Source of the DNA: Thermodesulfobacteriota bacterium | Lineage (GTDB): Bacteria; Desulfobacterota; Binatia; HRBIN30; CADEER01 | DNA: 51,442 nt | Direction: 5' to 3' | Assembly (NCBI GenBank): GCA_041743795.1 | Contig: JBGTMF010000265.1 | Span: 1 to 51,442 of the forward strand | Shown here: positions 18,022 to 26,357 of the stretch, in pieces | Layout of the letters: each line of letters opens with the position of its first letter | Position numbering within the stretch: position 1 is the stretch's first letter | The notes under the pieces: model-generated | What the model was told of the DNA's origin: nothing | Database searches by the model: none | The model's input: the letters and a program-made list of their open reading frames with translations, nothing else | Translations under genes and position numbers: made by a program

Positions 18022-19491
18022 ATGAACGACAAAACGAACGTTACCCGGACTATCGCCGATTGGGCCCACGCTACGACTCTGGAGAGCATTCCTTCACGGG
18101 TGGTGGAGGAAGCCAAGAACCAGATCCTCAGTGTCATCGCCGCCATCCACGCCGGCCATTTCAGCGATGCCGGGCGCACCATTTCGCGCACGGTAAAGGA
18201 GTGGTCCGCCGGCAAGCAGGCGACGCTGATCCCATCTGGCGAGCGCACCTCCGCGCACAACGCCGTTTTCGGCAATGCCGCGCTCGGCATGGCACTGTAT
18301 TACGACGACTCCTTGCTTGGCGGGCACCTCGGCGCGACGTCGGTGACGGTGCCGCTGGCGCTCGCCGAACATCTCGGATCGAGTGGCGGCGAGCTGTTGC
18401 TGGCGCAGATCATCGCCAATGAAACGGCCGGCCGTCTTGGCCTGATCTCGTTGAACGACGCTCTCAGTGAGTATCGCATCCCGGCGGCGCACCGCGCGGC
18501 GGCGGCCCTGGCGGCAGCCAAGTTGCGCGGCCTGACGGCCGACCAGACGCTGAGTGCCCTGGGGCTCGCCCTGCAGGATGCCGGTTCCGGCGTGCGCGCC
18601 GGCTTCATCGGCTCGGACGCGAAGTTTCTCAGCGCGGCCTTCGCCGCGCCCGCTGGCGTCCAGGCAGCGGAGCTGGCGGAAAGCGGGCTGCTCGCGTTGG
18701 GCGATCCACTTGGCGGTGCCAACGGGTTGTTCGACGTAATCGGGCGAAGCGGTGCCGGCGGCGCGTTCGCAACTCTCGGCGAGATCTGGATCACGGAGAC
18801 CTTGGGTTACTCTGCCTACCCCTGTTCGACGCACGTCGCCGGCGCCGTCGATTGCATCGTGGCACTGCTGCGCCAGCATAATATCGACGGGCGCAAGGTC
18901 GAGAAGATCGAAGTGATCGTCGGCCCCGACGCGATGGAGACCGACCTCGAGGCACGGCAACACCTCGCCGGCGCCGATACGAATCCGTCCACCCTCGCCT
19001 TTTCGATCCAGTACTGTGTCGCCGTGACGCTGCTCGATAAGGAGTTTTCGCCGCGACAAATGGCTCGCGATCGCATCCGCGATCAGGCCGTGTGGGATCT
19101 TGCGGCTCGCGTCGAAGTCGCCGTCGATCCGGCGCTGGAGTCTTCGCAGCGCGATCGCTCGCTGCGCCGGCAAGTCGAGCGCGGTTTGCCTACGGGATTC
19201 GACGTCGGGCGCATCGACCTGCGCGGTGCGCGCGTCTCGCAGGCGACGAAGGTCTCCGTCGCGCTCAAGAGCGATCGGGTCTTCGAGATCCAGCGCGACG
19301 TACCGAGCGGCAGCGGCGCCGGCCCTTTCGACGATCGCATCAAGACCGTCGAAGACAAGTTTCGCCGTGAAACGCGCTATACCTTGCGCAAAGAGCGCAT
19401 GGAAAAGGCAATCGACCTGATCCATCACCTCGAGCGCGGCACTCCGGCCAACGTCAAGGAAATCATCCGCAGCTGTTGTTCGGAGCGGTAG
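18022..19491 (+). CDS. MmgE/PrpD-family protein (2-methylcitrate-dehydratase-like)
   Basis: 489 aa. N-terminal pattern IADWAHATTLESIPSRVVEEAKNQILSVIAAIHAG and overall length fit the MmgE/PrpD family. Substrate unknown. Confidence 0.78.
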   Translation: MNDKTNVTRTIADWAHATTLESIPSRVVEEAKNQILSVIAAIHAGHFSDAGRTISRTVKEWSAGKQATLIPSGERTSAHNAVFGNAALGMALYYDDSLLGGHLGATSVTVPLALAEHLGSSGGELLLAQIIANETAGRLGLISLNDALSEYRIPAAHRAAAALAAAKLRGLTADQTLSALGLALQDAGSGVRAGFIGSDAKFLSAAFAAPAGVQAAELAESGLLALGDPLGGANGLFDVIGRSGAGGAFATLGEIWITETLGYSAYPCSTHVAGAVDCIVALLRQHNIDGRKVEKIEVIVGPDAMETDLEARQHLAGADTNPSTLAFSIQYCVAVTLLDKEFSPRQMARDRIRDQAVWDLAARVEVAVDPALESSQRDRSLRRQVERGLPTGFDVGRIDLRGARVSQATKVSVALKSDRVFEIQRDVPSGSGAGPFDDRIKTVEDKFRRETRYTLRKERMEKAIDLIHHLERGTPANVKEIIRSCCSER

Positions 19492-19514
19492 TCTCGTCTG
19501 TTCAAGACCCACCG

Positions 19515-19838
19515 ATGGACCCGCAACACCGCGTCTCCTGCGAGCTTTGCGAACTTTCTCGATCGACGACGTGGTACGCGGAGTTCGAAGACCCCTTCCG
19601 CTTCACAATTCTCGACTGCGACTCGTGCGACGTCCCCATGGCGGTGATCGGCTGGCACGTGAAGACCCTCACGGCCGCGGAGAGCGAGGTGGTTCGCGCC
19701 GCGCTCACCGAGGTCGCCGACAGCAAGTATCCGCAGGGCTGGTTCTTCGACGACCACATGCGCCAGATCCCCGATCACTACCACACCCACGCGCGACCCT
19801 ATCCGGCGTGGTGGAAGAAACCGTCAGGCGGCGCGTAG
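19515..19838 (+). CDS. Small Cys/His-rich hypothetical protein (two CxxC pairs, HxHxH-like motif)
   Basis: 107 aa containing CELCE, CDSCD and DHYHTHARP. Coding-like GC3. No family confidently recognised. Confidence 0.5.
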   Translation: MDPQHRVSCELCELSRSTTWYAEFEDPFRFTILDCDSCDVPMAVIGWHVKTLTAAESEVVRAALTEVADSKYPQGWFFDDHMRQIPDHYHTHARPYPAWWKKPSGGA

Positions 19839-20231
19839 CGCCGTACCGCAGCCGCCGCAGTAATTGGCGCCGGGGGCCTTCTTGGTACCGCAGGCCGGAC
19901 AGAAACGAATCTGATCAACGTCTACGGCGGCCGCCGACGCCGCCGGCGCAGCTGGCTGCTGGTGGTCCAGGGCGGCGATCGCCTCCAACGCCTGGTCCTT
20001 ATAGCGCCGCACCAAACTCTCGTAGTCTTCCTCGGAGAGCTTGCCGGTACGGCGATCGAATTCCGCTTCTTTGATCGCCGCGTAGGCATTGTTCTTGGCG
20101 CCCTCCAACACCGCTAACGGATCCTCCTCGATGGCTTCCATCGGGTCCTGCGCTTCGGAGGTGAAGAGCGGCCAGAGGACGAACAGTGCCGCCGGCACGA
20201 TGCAAATGACGAGGATGAGCGTCGGATTCAT
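19824..20231 (-). CDS. Membrane-anchored CcmI-like helical segment fused to a C-terminal zinc ribbon
   Basis: TM MNPTLILVICIVPAALFVLWPLF. CcmI/CycH-like stretch EFDRRTGKLSEEDYESLVRRYKDQALEAIAAL. C-terminal CPACG..(10)..CGGCG. Sits directly downstream of ccmH. Confidence 0.6.
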   Translation of the reverse strand: MNPTLILVICIVPAALFVLWPLFTSEAQDPMEAIEEDPLAVLEGAKNNAYAAIKEAEFDRRTGKLSEEDYESLVRRYKDQALEAIAALDHQQPAAPAASAAAVDVDQIRFCPACGTKKAPGANYCGGCGTALRAA

Positions 20232-20268
20232 GAGTGGTTGGCGTCGAGCAATTCCGGCCGACCGGCCG

Positions 20269-20721
20269 TCAGCGGTCGTAGTCCTCGAGTTCGCGCTCGA
20301 GGGTCCTGCGGTGCTCGGAGTCGGCGGCGTCAATCGCAGTCGGCGGCGCGCTGGCGACCACTGCGTCGGAGTCGACGGTGCGGCGTCGCCACCGCAAAAG
20401 CGTAAACGAAACAAAGAGGACGCCGATTCCGACGACGGCGAAAGGTGTCACCCAGGCGGTCAGGTTGAAGCCAGTAGTGGTCGGCGACGAGAGAATCTTC
20501 TCGCCGTATTTCGCCGCGAAGTGGGAGAGAATATCGGTTCTGTCCTTGCCGAGCGCCATCTGCTCGCGGATCTCCTGGCGCAGCGGAATCGCCGACGGAC
20601 ATTGAAGGTGGTTGCACGAATGGACGGTCAACCCGCAGCCGCATTGGCACGTCAGGGACTCCTCGATGTTCTGGAAGCTCGGCTCGGCGGCGGCGGAGAC
20701 GACGGCCAAACCCACCGCCAT
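20269..20721 (-). CDS. ccmH: CcmH/NrfF-family cytochrome c maturation protein
   Basis: Cys-rich motif LTCQCGCGLTVHSCNHLQC followed by IPLRQEIREQMALGKDRTDILSHFAAKYGEKIL and a C-terminal TM. The start is uncertain: the first canonical start after the ccmF stop is ATG 20721, but the best signal anchor begins about 40 nt upstream. Confidence 0.75.
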   Translation of the reverse strand: MAVGLAVVSAAAEPSFQNIEESLTCQCGCGLTVHSCNHLQCPSAIPLRQEIREQMALGKDRTDILSHFAAKYGEKILSSPTTTGFNLTAWVTPFAVVGIGVLFVSFTLLRWRRRTVDSDAVVASAPPTAIDAADSEHRRTLERELEDYDR

Positions 20722-20774
20722 CAGCAGGGCCAGCGCCGTTGCCGCGAGGCGTGCTCGATGTAACTCCGGAGGGC

Positions 20775-22769
20775 TCAGGGCCGTTGCTCCGCGGCGCGGC
20801 TCGACGCCGGCGAATAGGCGGCTGCTGGCGCACTCACCGGTGCCGGCCAGATGACGATGAACGTCCCCAAAGTCAGGACCGCGCCGCCCCAATAGAGGAA
20901 ACCGATCAAAGGGTTGATGTAGGCGAGTATCGTCGCCATCCGCGTCTCGGCGTCGTAACTACCCAACACCAGGTAGAGGTCCGACCCCAGCGTCGAGCGA
21001 ATCGCCACCTCGGTCGTCGGCTGTTCAGGCTTCTTGTAGAAGCGTTTCTCCGGCCGCAAGGTGTCGACCTGGACGCCGTTCTCGAACACCTCCATCCTCG
21101 CCATCAAATAGGCAATATGGAGCGTGTCGCGCTCTTCGAGTCCGTCGTAGCGCAACTCGTAGCCGCCGATCTCGAAACTCTCCCCCTGGTTGAGAGTGAC
21201 CTGCTTCTCGATGCGAAATACCGACGTGCCGGTGATGGCGACGAAGATCATGACGATGCCGATGTGGACCACATAGCCGCCGTAGCGGCGGCGATTCTTG
21301 GCGATCAACTGCGTCAACGCGCGGAAGACACTGTCGCCGACCATCGCCTGGCGGGCGCGAACGCCGCGGAAGAACTCCATCGCGATCGTTCCGAGAACGA
21401 AGAAGATCAACGAGAACGAGACGATCGCCCAGTAATTGCGGATGCCACCGATGAAACAGACCACGCCAGCGATCAACCCCGTCGATACCGGCACGGCGAA
21501 GGTGCGCTTCAGGTGCGCCCACGAGGCGCGGCGCCAGGCGATCACCGGCCCGACGCCCATGAGGAACAGCAGAATGAGCCCCAATGGCGCATTCACCTTG
21601 TTGAAGAACGGCGGGCCGACGGTGATCTTGACGCCGCGCACGGCCTCCGAAATCACCGGGAACATGGTTCCCCAGAAAACGGCGAATGCGATTCCAACCA
21701 AGATGAGATTGTTGAAAAGAAAAGTGGACTCGCGCGACAGCAGCGAATCGAGTTCGTTCTCCGAGCGCAGTACCGGCAGCCGCAGAACCAAAAGTCCGAT
21801 CGAGACGACGAGGATGAAAGCGAGAAACCACAAGAAAAAAGGGCCCAGTCCGGACTGGGTGAACGAATGCACGGACGAAATGACGCCGCTGCGGGTCAGG
21901 AACGTGCCAAAGATCGTCAGCGCGAAGGTCATGATGATCAACACCATGTTCCAGACCTTCAGCATGTTCTTCTTTTCCTGGATCATCACGGAATGGAGGA
22001 ACGCGGTGCCGGTCAGCCACGGCATGAAGGCGGCGTTCTCCACCGGATCCCAGGCCCAGTAACCACCCCAGCCGAGCACCTCGTAGGCCCACAGCGCTCC
22101 GAACAAATTGCCGAGGGAGAGGAAAAACCAGGCAAACAGGGTCCACCTGCGTGTGGTTCGAATCCAGGTCGAGTCGAGCTTACCCGTCGCCAACGCGGCG
22201 ATCGCGAAGGCGAACGGCACCGACATACCGACGAACCCCAGATAGAGCGACGGCGGGTGAATCGTCATCCAGTAGTTCTGCAACAGCGGATTGAGATCGC
22301 GGCCTTCGCGCGCCGGTACCGCCAGGGTTTCGAACGGCGGTGTAATGAAGAACAACAACGAGAGGAAGAACAGGGAGATGGTCATCAAGACGGCGACCAC
22401 GTAGGGCATCAGCTCGCGGTGTCGCTGGCGGTTCTGCAGGACCACCACGGCACTGATCGAAGTCAGGATGAGCGCCCAGAAGAGCAGCGAACCCTTCTGT
22501 CCACCCCACAGGGCCGCGACCGAGTAATACAGCGGCAAGGTGCTGCTGCTGTATGCGGCGACGTACTCGATGCGAAAGTCGCGTGTCACCAAAGCGTTGA
22601 GGAGCACCGCCGTGGCGATGACGACCGCTACCCAGACGGCCAATGCACCGTTCTCCGCGCTGGCGACGAAATCGCGCCGTCGCGTCCAGGCGCCGACCAA
22701 TGCCATGACGATGGAGTAAGCGGCGATCAGCCACGCGATCAGGATGGCCTGGCTTCCCAACTCGATCAT
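20775..22769 (-). CDS. ccmF: Cytochrome c haem lyase subunit CcmF
   Basis: 664-aa polytopic protein with the WWD motif WGGYWAWDPVENAAFMPWL and typical CcmF/NrfE organisation. Confidence 0.93.
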   Translation of the reverse strand: MIELGSQAILIAWLIAAYSIVMALVGAWTRRRDFVASAENGALAVWVAVVIATAVLLNALVTRDFRIEYVAAYSSSTLPLYYSVAALWGGQKGSLLFWALILTSISAVVVLQNRQRHRELMPYVVAVLMTISLFFLSLLFFITPPFETLAVPAREGRDLNPLLQNYWMTIHPPSLYLGFVGMSVPFAFAIAALATGKLDSTWIRTTRRWTLFAWFFLSLGNLFGALWAYEVLGWGGYWAWDPVENAAFMPWLTGTAFLHSVMIQEKKNMLKVWNMVLIIMTFALTIFGTFLTRSGVISSVHSFTQSGLGPFFLWFLAFILVVSIGLLVLRLPVLRSENELDSLLSRESTFLFNNLILVGIAFAVFWGTMFPVISEAVRGVKITVGPPFFNKVNAPLGLILLFLMGVGPVIAWRRASWAHLKRTFAVPVSTGLIAGVVCFIGGIRNYWAIVSFSLIFFVLGTIAMEFFRGVRARQAMVGDSVFRALTQLIAKNRRRYGGYVVHIGIVMIFVAITGTSVFRIEKQVTLNQGESFEIGGYELRYDGLEERDTLHIAYLMARMEVFENGVQVDTLRPEKRFYKKPEQPTTEVAIRSTLGSDLYLVLGSYDAETRMATILAYINPLIGFLYWGGAVLTLGTFIVIWPAPVSAPAAAYSPASSRAAEQRP

Positions 22770-22923
22770 GCCTCGACCTTTCCGAATTTTGACATTCTCA
22801 GCTCGTTTCGAGACGCGGGGTCAGCGCCGTTACGGACCGGCGCCGACGCGACCGCTACCGCAGACATCGCTGGCGGGCAGAGGTCAGAACCGAGGGGAGC
22901 GATAAGTGGGCCACGGCAGAGCG

Positions 22924-23361
22924 CTAGTACGCCGCGGCTTGCTGGCCCTCGACCTCGGGCTCGTATTTCGACGGACAACTGGTCATCACCGACTTCGCCT
23001 GCACGACGCCCGCCGTGTAGGTCCCCTCGATGATGACGTCGCGCCCCTCGGCGAACATATCCGGTACGATACCCGTATACTCGACGGGGACGGTGGCGGC
23101 TTCCGCCACCTCGTCGTCGGTGAAGTCGCCGACGCGGAACTTCATCGCGGTGCCCTCAGAGCTGGTCTTTTGTGTGAGCGACCCCGGAGCGACTCGCCCG
23201 GCCAAACGGAGGCCCTGGCCGGCCATGGCGTCGCGCCGCGGAAGGAACTCCTCGATGGTGAAGTAATAGGCCGACGACTGCTCGACGCCCGCGTACATCA
23301 AATAACCGATCGACGACACCAGCAGCAGCGCGCCAATTCCGAACTTGTAGTTTCTTTTCAT
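22924..23361 (-). CDS. ccmE: Haem chaperone CcmE, CxxxY variant
   Basis: N-terminal anchor KFGIGALLLVSSIGYLMYAG, OB-fold core (LRLAGRV..GS..VPVEYTGIVPDMFAEGRDVIIEG) and C-terminal SCPSKYEPEV in place of the canonical KHDENYTPPEV. Confidence 0.88.
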   Translation of the reverse strand: MKRNYKFGIGALLLVSSIGYLMYAGVEQSSAYYFTIEEFLPRRDAMAGQGLRLAGRVAPGSLTQKTSSEGTAMKFRVGDFTDDEVAEAATVPVEYTGIVPDMFAEGRDVIIEGTYTAGVVQAKSVMTSCPSKYEPEVEGQQAAAY

Positions 23362-23417
23362 AGGATTCCTAAAACGCTAGTGGATTCGACCATGTCCAGC
23401 AAGGCTCACGCCATCGA

Positions 23418-23603
23418 TCAGTGCTGCGTCGGGTCTTCGCTTGAATCGATGTCATCCTCAGAAATGGGATCGCCGGATACGCGGTAACGCTCATCCGCCC
23501 AGTTGCCCAGGTCTACTATCCGGCAACGCTCCCCACAGAACGGCCGGTGAGGGTTCCCCTCCCAGGGGCAAAGCGCTCGGCAGATGGGACATCGAACTTC
23601 CAT
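23418..23603 (-). CDS. yacG: YacG-like zinc-finger protein (DNA gyrase inhibitor family)
   Basis: CPICRALCPW..NPHRPFCGERCRIVDLGNWADERYRV matches the YacG pattern CPxC...RPFCSxRCxxIDLGxW, with an acidic tail. Start is ATG 23603 (or TTG 23612). Confidence 0.8.
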   Translation of the reverse strand: MEVRCPICRALCPWEGNPHRPFCGERCRIVDLGNWADERYRVSGDPISEDDIDSSEDPTQH

Positions 23604-23749
23604 CGACGCCAAACCCTAGCAGTTCGTTGCGAGACAGTGCGAGCCCGGCCTGCCGCGGGTATCCCTGGCAATCGCCTCGTGCCCCGCAGCGCGGGTGTCG
23701 CGGCGCGTAGATTTGACCGCGGTGGCGGGCTACATTGCGCCGCTGCGAC

Positions 23750-24280
23750 ATGGCAAACAGGAAAAACGAGCAAGAAAAAGCTCCGACGTTCGCAGGCTTC
23801 ACTTTCCGCCTGTTTCTCTACCTGTTTCTCGTCAGCTTGCTCTTCTCGCTCGGCAACATGCACGAAAATTTGCTGCCGATGCAGAGGCTTCTGGCCGCGG
23901 GCGCGACGGCCGGCGCCAACGTTTTCGGCGCGGAGGCGACGTTGGAGGGGACGATCATCCGCACCGAGCAACAAGCTCTCGACATCAACCACGAGTGCAC
24001 GGGGATCTTCGTGCTGCTGGTGTATACGATGTTCGTTCTCGCCTATCCCGCACCCTGGAGCAGTCGGCTGTCCGGCGCCGCGGTCGGCTGGCTGACGCTC
24101 AACCTCGTCAACGTGGCACGCCTGGTTCTACTGACGGTGATCGCAAGCCGCCAACCGGAGTGGTTCGCCTACTTTCACGAGTACTTCTTTCAGGGGCTCT
24201 TCATCGCCCTCCTGGCCGTCCTCGCCTCAATCTGGACCGAACAGGTGCGCCGTGCGACTCTCCCCGGGGTTTCTGCTTAG
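23750..24280 (+). CDS. Short-form exosortase/archaeosortase-family transpeptidase
   Basis: Polytopic 176-aa protein with the three family hallmarks in order: Cys in INHECTGIFVLL, Arg in NLVNVARLVLLTV, and His in YFHEYFFQG. Confidence 0.72.
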   Translation: MANRKNEQEKAPTFAGFTFRLFLYLFLVSLLFSLGNMHENLLPMQRLLAAGATAGANVFGAEATLEGTIIRTEQQALDINHECTGIFVLLVYTMFVLAYPAPWSSRLSGAAVGWLTLNLVNVARLVLLTVIASRQPEWFAYFHEYFFQGLFIALLAVLASIWTEQVRRATLPGVSA

Positions 24281-24824
24281 GTTTTTCGGACTCGCCGCCG
24301 TCTTCTTTGCGCTGTGGTCGTTCTCCGGCGCGGGAGACTTCTACGGTCGGCTCGTCATCACCGTGGCGAGACCCTTCATGGAACGCCTCACAGGCTGCCA
24401 GGTGAGCGAGGTTCGCGCAGTCGCCAACGGCCTTTCCATCGACATCCAGCGCACGGATCCATCCGATGGCAAAGTCTACCAGCGAACGCTGCCGCTGCAG
24501 CCGCGCGAGGTCTTCTCGGGGACAATTCCGTTCCTCGCTTTGATGCTCGCCACGTCGAGCCTGGCGTGGAAGCAGCGCGCCTCGGCCGTCGCCATCGGCA
24601 GCGCCATTCTCTTCGCCTTTCACTTCGGTCTGATGCTGATCGGCCCCTATCTGACGGGCTTGCCGCAGGCGCATCTCGCCCCGGAGACGATCCGCGGCAT
24701 CGTCAAACCGGCGATCAACGTTCTCTACGCATTCTACGGTCTCGTCGGCTACGCCGCGCTGCCGTTCCTTCTTTGGTTCTGGCTGGCGATCGCGCGGCCG
24801 CGCCGTACTAGTCCAACGCAGTAG
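24252..24824 (+). CDS. Four-TM membrane protein overlapping the exosortase gene (putative exosortase partner)
   Basis: GTG start lies 29 nt inside the exosortase 3' end. TM1 is followed by a ~80-aa loop and three further TMs. No catalytic motif recognised. Confidence 0.6.
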   Translation: MRLSPGFLLRFFGLAAVFFALWSFSGAGDFYGRLVITVARPFMERLTGCQVSEVRAVANGLSIDIQRTDPSDGKVYQRTLPLQPREVFSGTIPFLALMLATSSLAWKQRASAVAIGSAILFAFHFGLMLIGPYLTGLPQAHLAPETIRGIVKPAINVLYAFYGLVGYAALPFLLWFWLAIARPRRTSPTQ

Positions 24825-25287
24825 TATGGCTTTCGCCAAGCGGTCCGAACAGCTCGCCGTTGGGCGAGACGAATACCAGCGAGGCGGGGTTAGCCTCGGC
24901 AATCGCTTGCCAGCGGTCTGCCAATCGGTCGCGCGCCCGGGCCTGCTCGAGTTCGTCGAGATCGGCAAATTCCGCGGTCGCCTGCACACAGAGGGCGTCG
25001 GCGATCTCCGCCTTGCAGCGACCGGCTCCGCCGATCAGATGGCGCTGGTCGGAACCCGCAACCTGCTCGAGGAACTCCTGCACCTCGGCGCTGGCGCGCA
25101 CTCGCTCGGGTGGGCTTATCAACCACACGCGTGCAAGCGATACGATGACGACGAAAACGGTGCCGCCACCGATGACGATGCCGAGCGTCGCCAGGCGACT
25201 GCGCCAATGGGTATACGCGCCGCACGAAACGCACTGCGGCGCGCCCCACGGAATCTTCGTCCCGCATTTTTTACAGTTGCGCGCCAC
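24808..25287 (-). CDS. Zinc-ribbon, single-pass membrane protein (hypothetical)
   Basis: CKKCG..(9)..CVSCG ribbon, then TM LATLGIVIGGGTVFVVIVSLA and a ~100-aa extracytoplasmic domain. Its 3' end overlaps the convergent gene by 17 nt. Confidence 0.55.
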   Translation of the reverse strand: MARNCKKCGTKIPWGAPQCVSCGAYTHWRSRLATLGIVIGGGTVFVVIVSLARVWLISPPERVRASAEVQEFLEQVAGSDQRHLIGGAGRCKAEIADALCVQATAEFADLDELEQARARDRLADRWQAIAEANPASLVFVSPNGELFGPLGESHTTALD

Positions 25288-25353
25288 TCAGTCCTTCCAG
25301 CCGCGCCGCCGCGAATCGATCTCGGCCCGGGGACGTGTTCGCCCACCCACCTC

Positions 25354-26256
25354 CTACGAGAAGACGGCGAAGACTTCCTGTAGGGCCTTCATCTGGCCCC
25401 CGCCCACCGCCGACGGCACGAGTATCGGTGTCGTCACGCCTGCATCTCGCCAGGCTTCGACGCCTTGGCGAACCTCAGAGGCGGTTCCGTACAGTGTCAC
25501 ATCGCTCAGCCATCGCTCATGCATGAGCGAGTCCAGCCGGTCTTTCTCTCCCTTTTCGAGAGCGGTGCGAATGTCGGCCATCTCCTGCTCATAGCCGGCC
25601 TCCTCCCAGTACTTCTGGTAGTTGGGCAACTGCACGTACATACGCAGCACACGCCGCATGACTTCGGCGGCGGCTGTCCTGTCGTCGGAGACGCAGGTGG
25701 GGATCATGTTGCCGACAAAGAAATCGCCACTCGCGGTCGCCGCCGGCAACCCCGCCAGGGAGTCCCGCATATGCGAGCGGGCGGCGTTCGCCCATACCGC
25801 GCCGCTGGCGATCTCGCCCGCGAGAGCGACCATCTTGCGCCGCAAGGTGGCGAGCACCACCGGGGCGAGCGCGCCGACGCGCTTCTCGCTAGTCCGGTAG
25901 GCGTCGACGAATGCCCGCATATCGGCCAGCGGTTTGCCGGTCTTCAGTCCCAACGAGTCGTTGAAGATGGCGTGGCTGACGCCAACGCCGAAGAGGAACC
26001 GCCCGCCGCTGATTTCGTGGATGAACGACGCCGTCTGCGCATAGTCGACGGCGTGGCGGGCGTAGATGTTGGCGATCGTCGTGCCGAAGCGAATTGTCGT
26101 CGTCGCCGTGGCGATAGCCTGACAAAGGGCGACGCCGTCGCCGAAGGTCGGGCAATACAGCCCAGAAAAGCCGCGGCGTTCCGCTTCTCGCGCCGCCTCG
26201 ACCGTCTGCGCCCGCCTTCCCGGAACTGCCGCTAAACTGAGAGCCGGTTTCTCCAT
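25354..26256 (-). CDS. LLM-class flavin/F420-dependent oxidoreductase
   Basis: 300 aa with LLM-like blocks (RFGTTIANIYARH, GGRFLFGVGVSH). Confidence 0.82.
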   Translation of the reverse strand: MEKPALSLAAVPGRRAQTVEAAREAERRGFSGLYCPTFGDGVALCQAIATATTTIRFGTTIANIYARHAVDYAQTASFIHEISGGRFLFGVGVSHAIFNDSLGLKTGKPLADMRAFVDAYRTSEKRVGALAPVVLATLRRKMVALAGEIASGAVWANAARSHMRDSLAGLPAATASGDFFVGNMIPTCVSDDRTAAAEVMRRVLRMYVQLPNYQKYWEEAGYEQEMADIRTALEKGEKDRLDSLMHERWLSDVTLYGTASEVRQGVEAWRDAGVTTPILVPSAVGGGQMKALQEVFAVFS

Positions 26257-26357
26257 CCGACCACAGCTAACCCGGATCCCTGCCCGGGTCCACGGCGCGC
26301 GACCGGGGGTTGCCCAGGGTTCGGCTGTCGTGCGATGGAGAAGAGAAGGCGAAAGTA

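Noticed and set aside
18094-19512. 472-aa minus-strand ORF
   Set aside because: It is antisense to the MmgE/PrpD-family gene and has the typical high-GC shadow-ORF composition.
20722-20892. 5' extension of ccmH to TTG 20892
   Set aside because: It would overlap ccmF by 118 nt and add a non-signal-like Arg/Gly-rich leader. It is noted only because the optimal signal anchor starts slightly upstream of ATG 20721.
22770-22923. Short ORF (up to 33 aa, MSAVAVASAPVRNGADPASRNELRMSKFGKVEA) whose stop overlaps the ccmF start (ATGA); considered as a CcmD-like peptide
   Set aside because: It is not hydrophobic, whereas CcmD is a small membrane protein, and ccmD normally lies between ccmC and ccmE. It has no RBS and is probably just the ccmE-ccmF spacer. 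It is worth a look only if ribosome-profiling data exist.
20739-23033. 764-aa ORF on the + strand
   Set aside because: It is entirely antisense to ccmF/ccmE. Its Arg/Asp/Glu/His-rich low-complexity composition is typical of antisense frames in high-GC DNA, whereas the minus-strand products carry unambiguous CcmF (WWD) and CcmE motifs.
23616-23629. CTAGCAGTTCGTTG, resembling the MITE terminus CTAGCAGTCCGTTG
   Set aside because: It is only a 14-nt match with a mismatch, the poly-A/GTAGG continuation is absent and there is no inverted partner nearby. It could be a decayed solo end but cannot be distinguished from chance.
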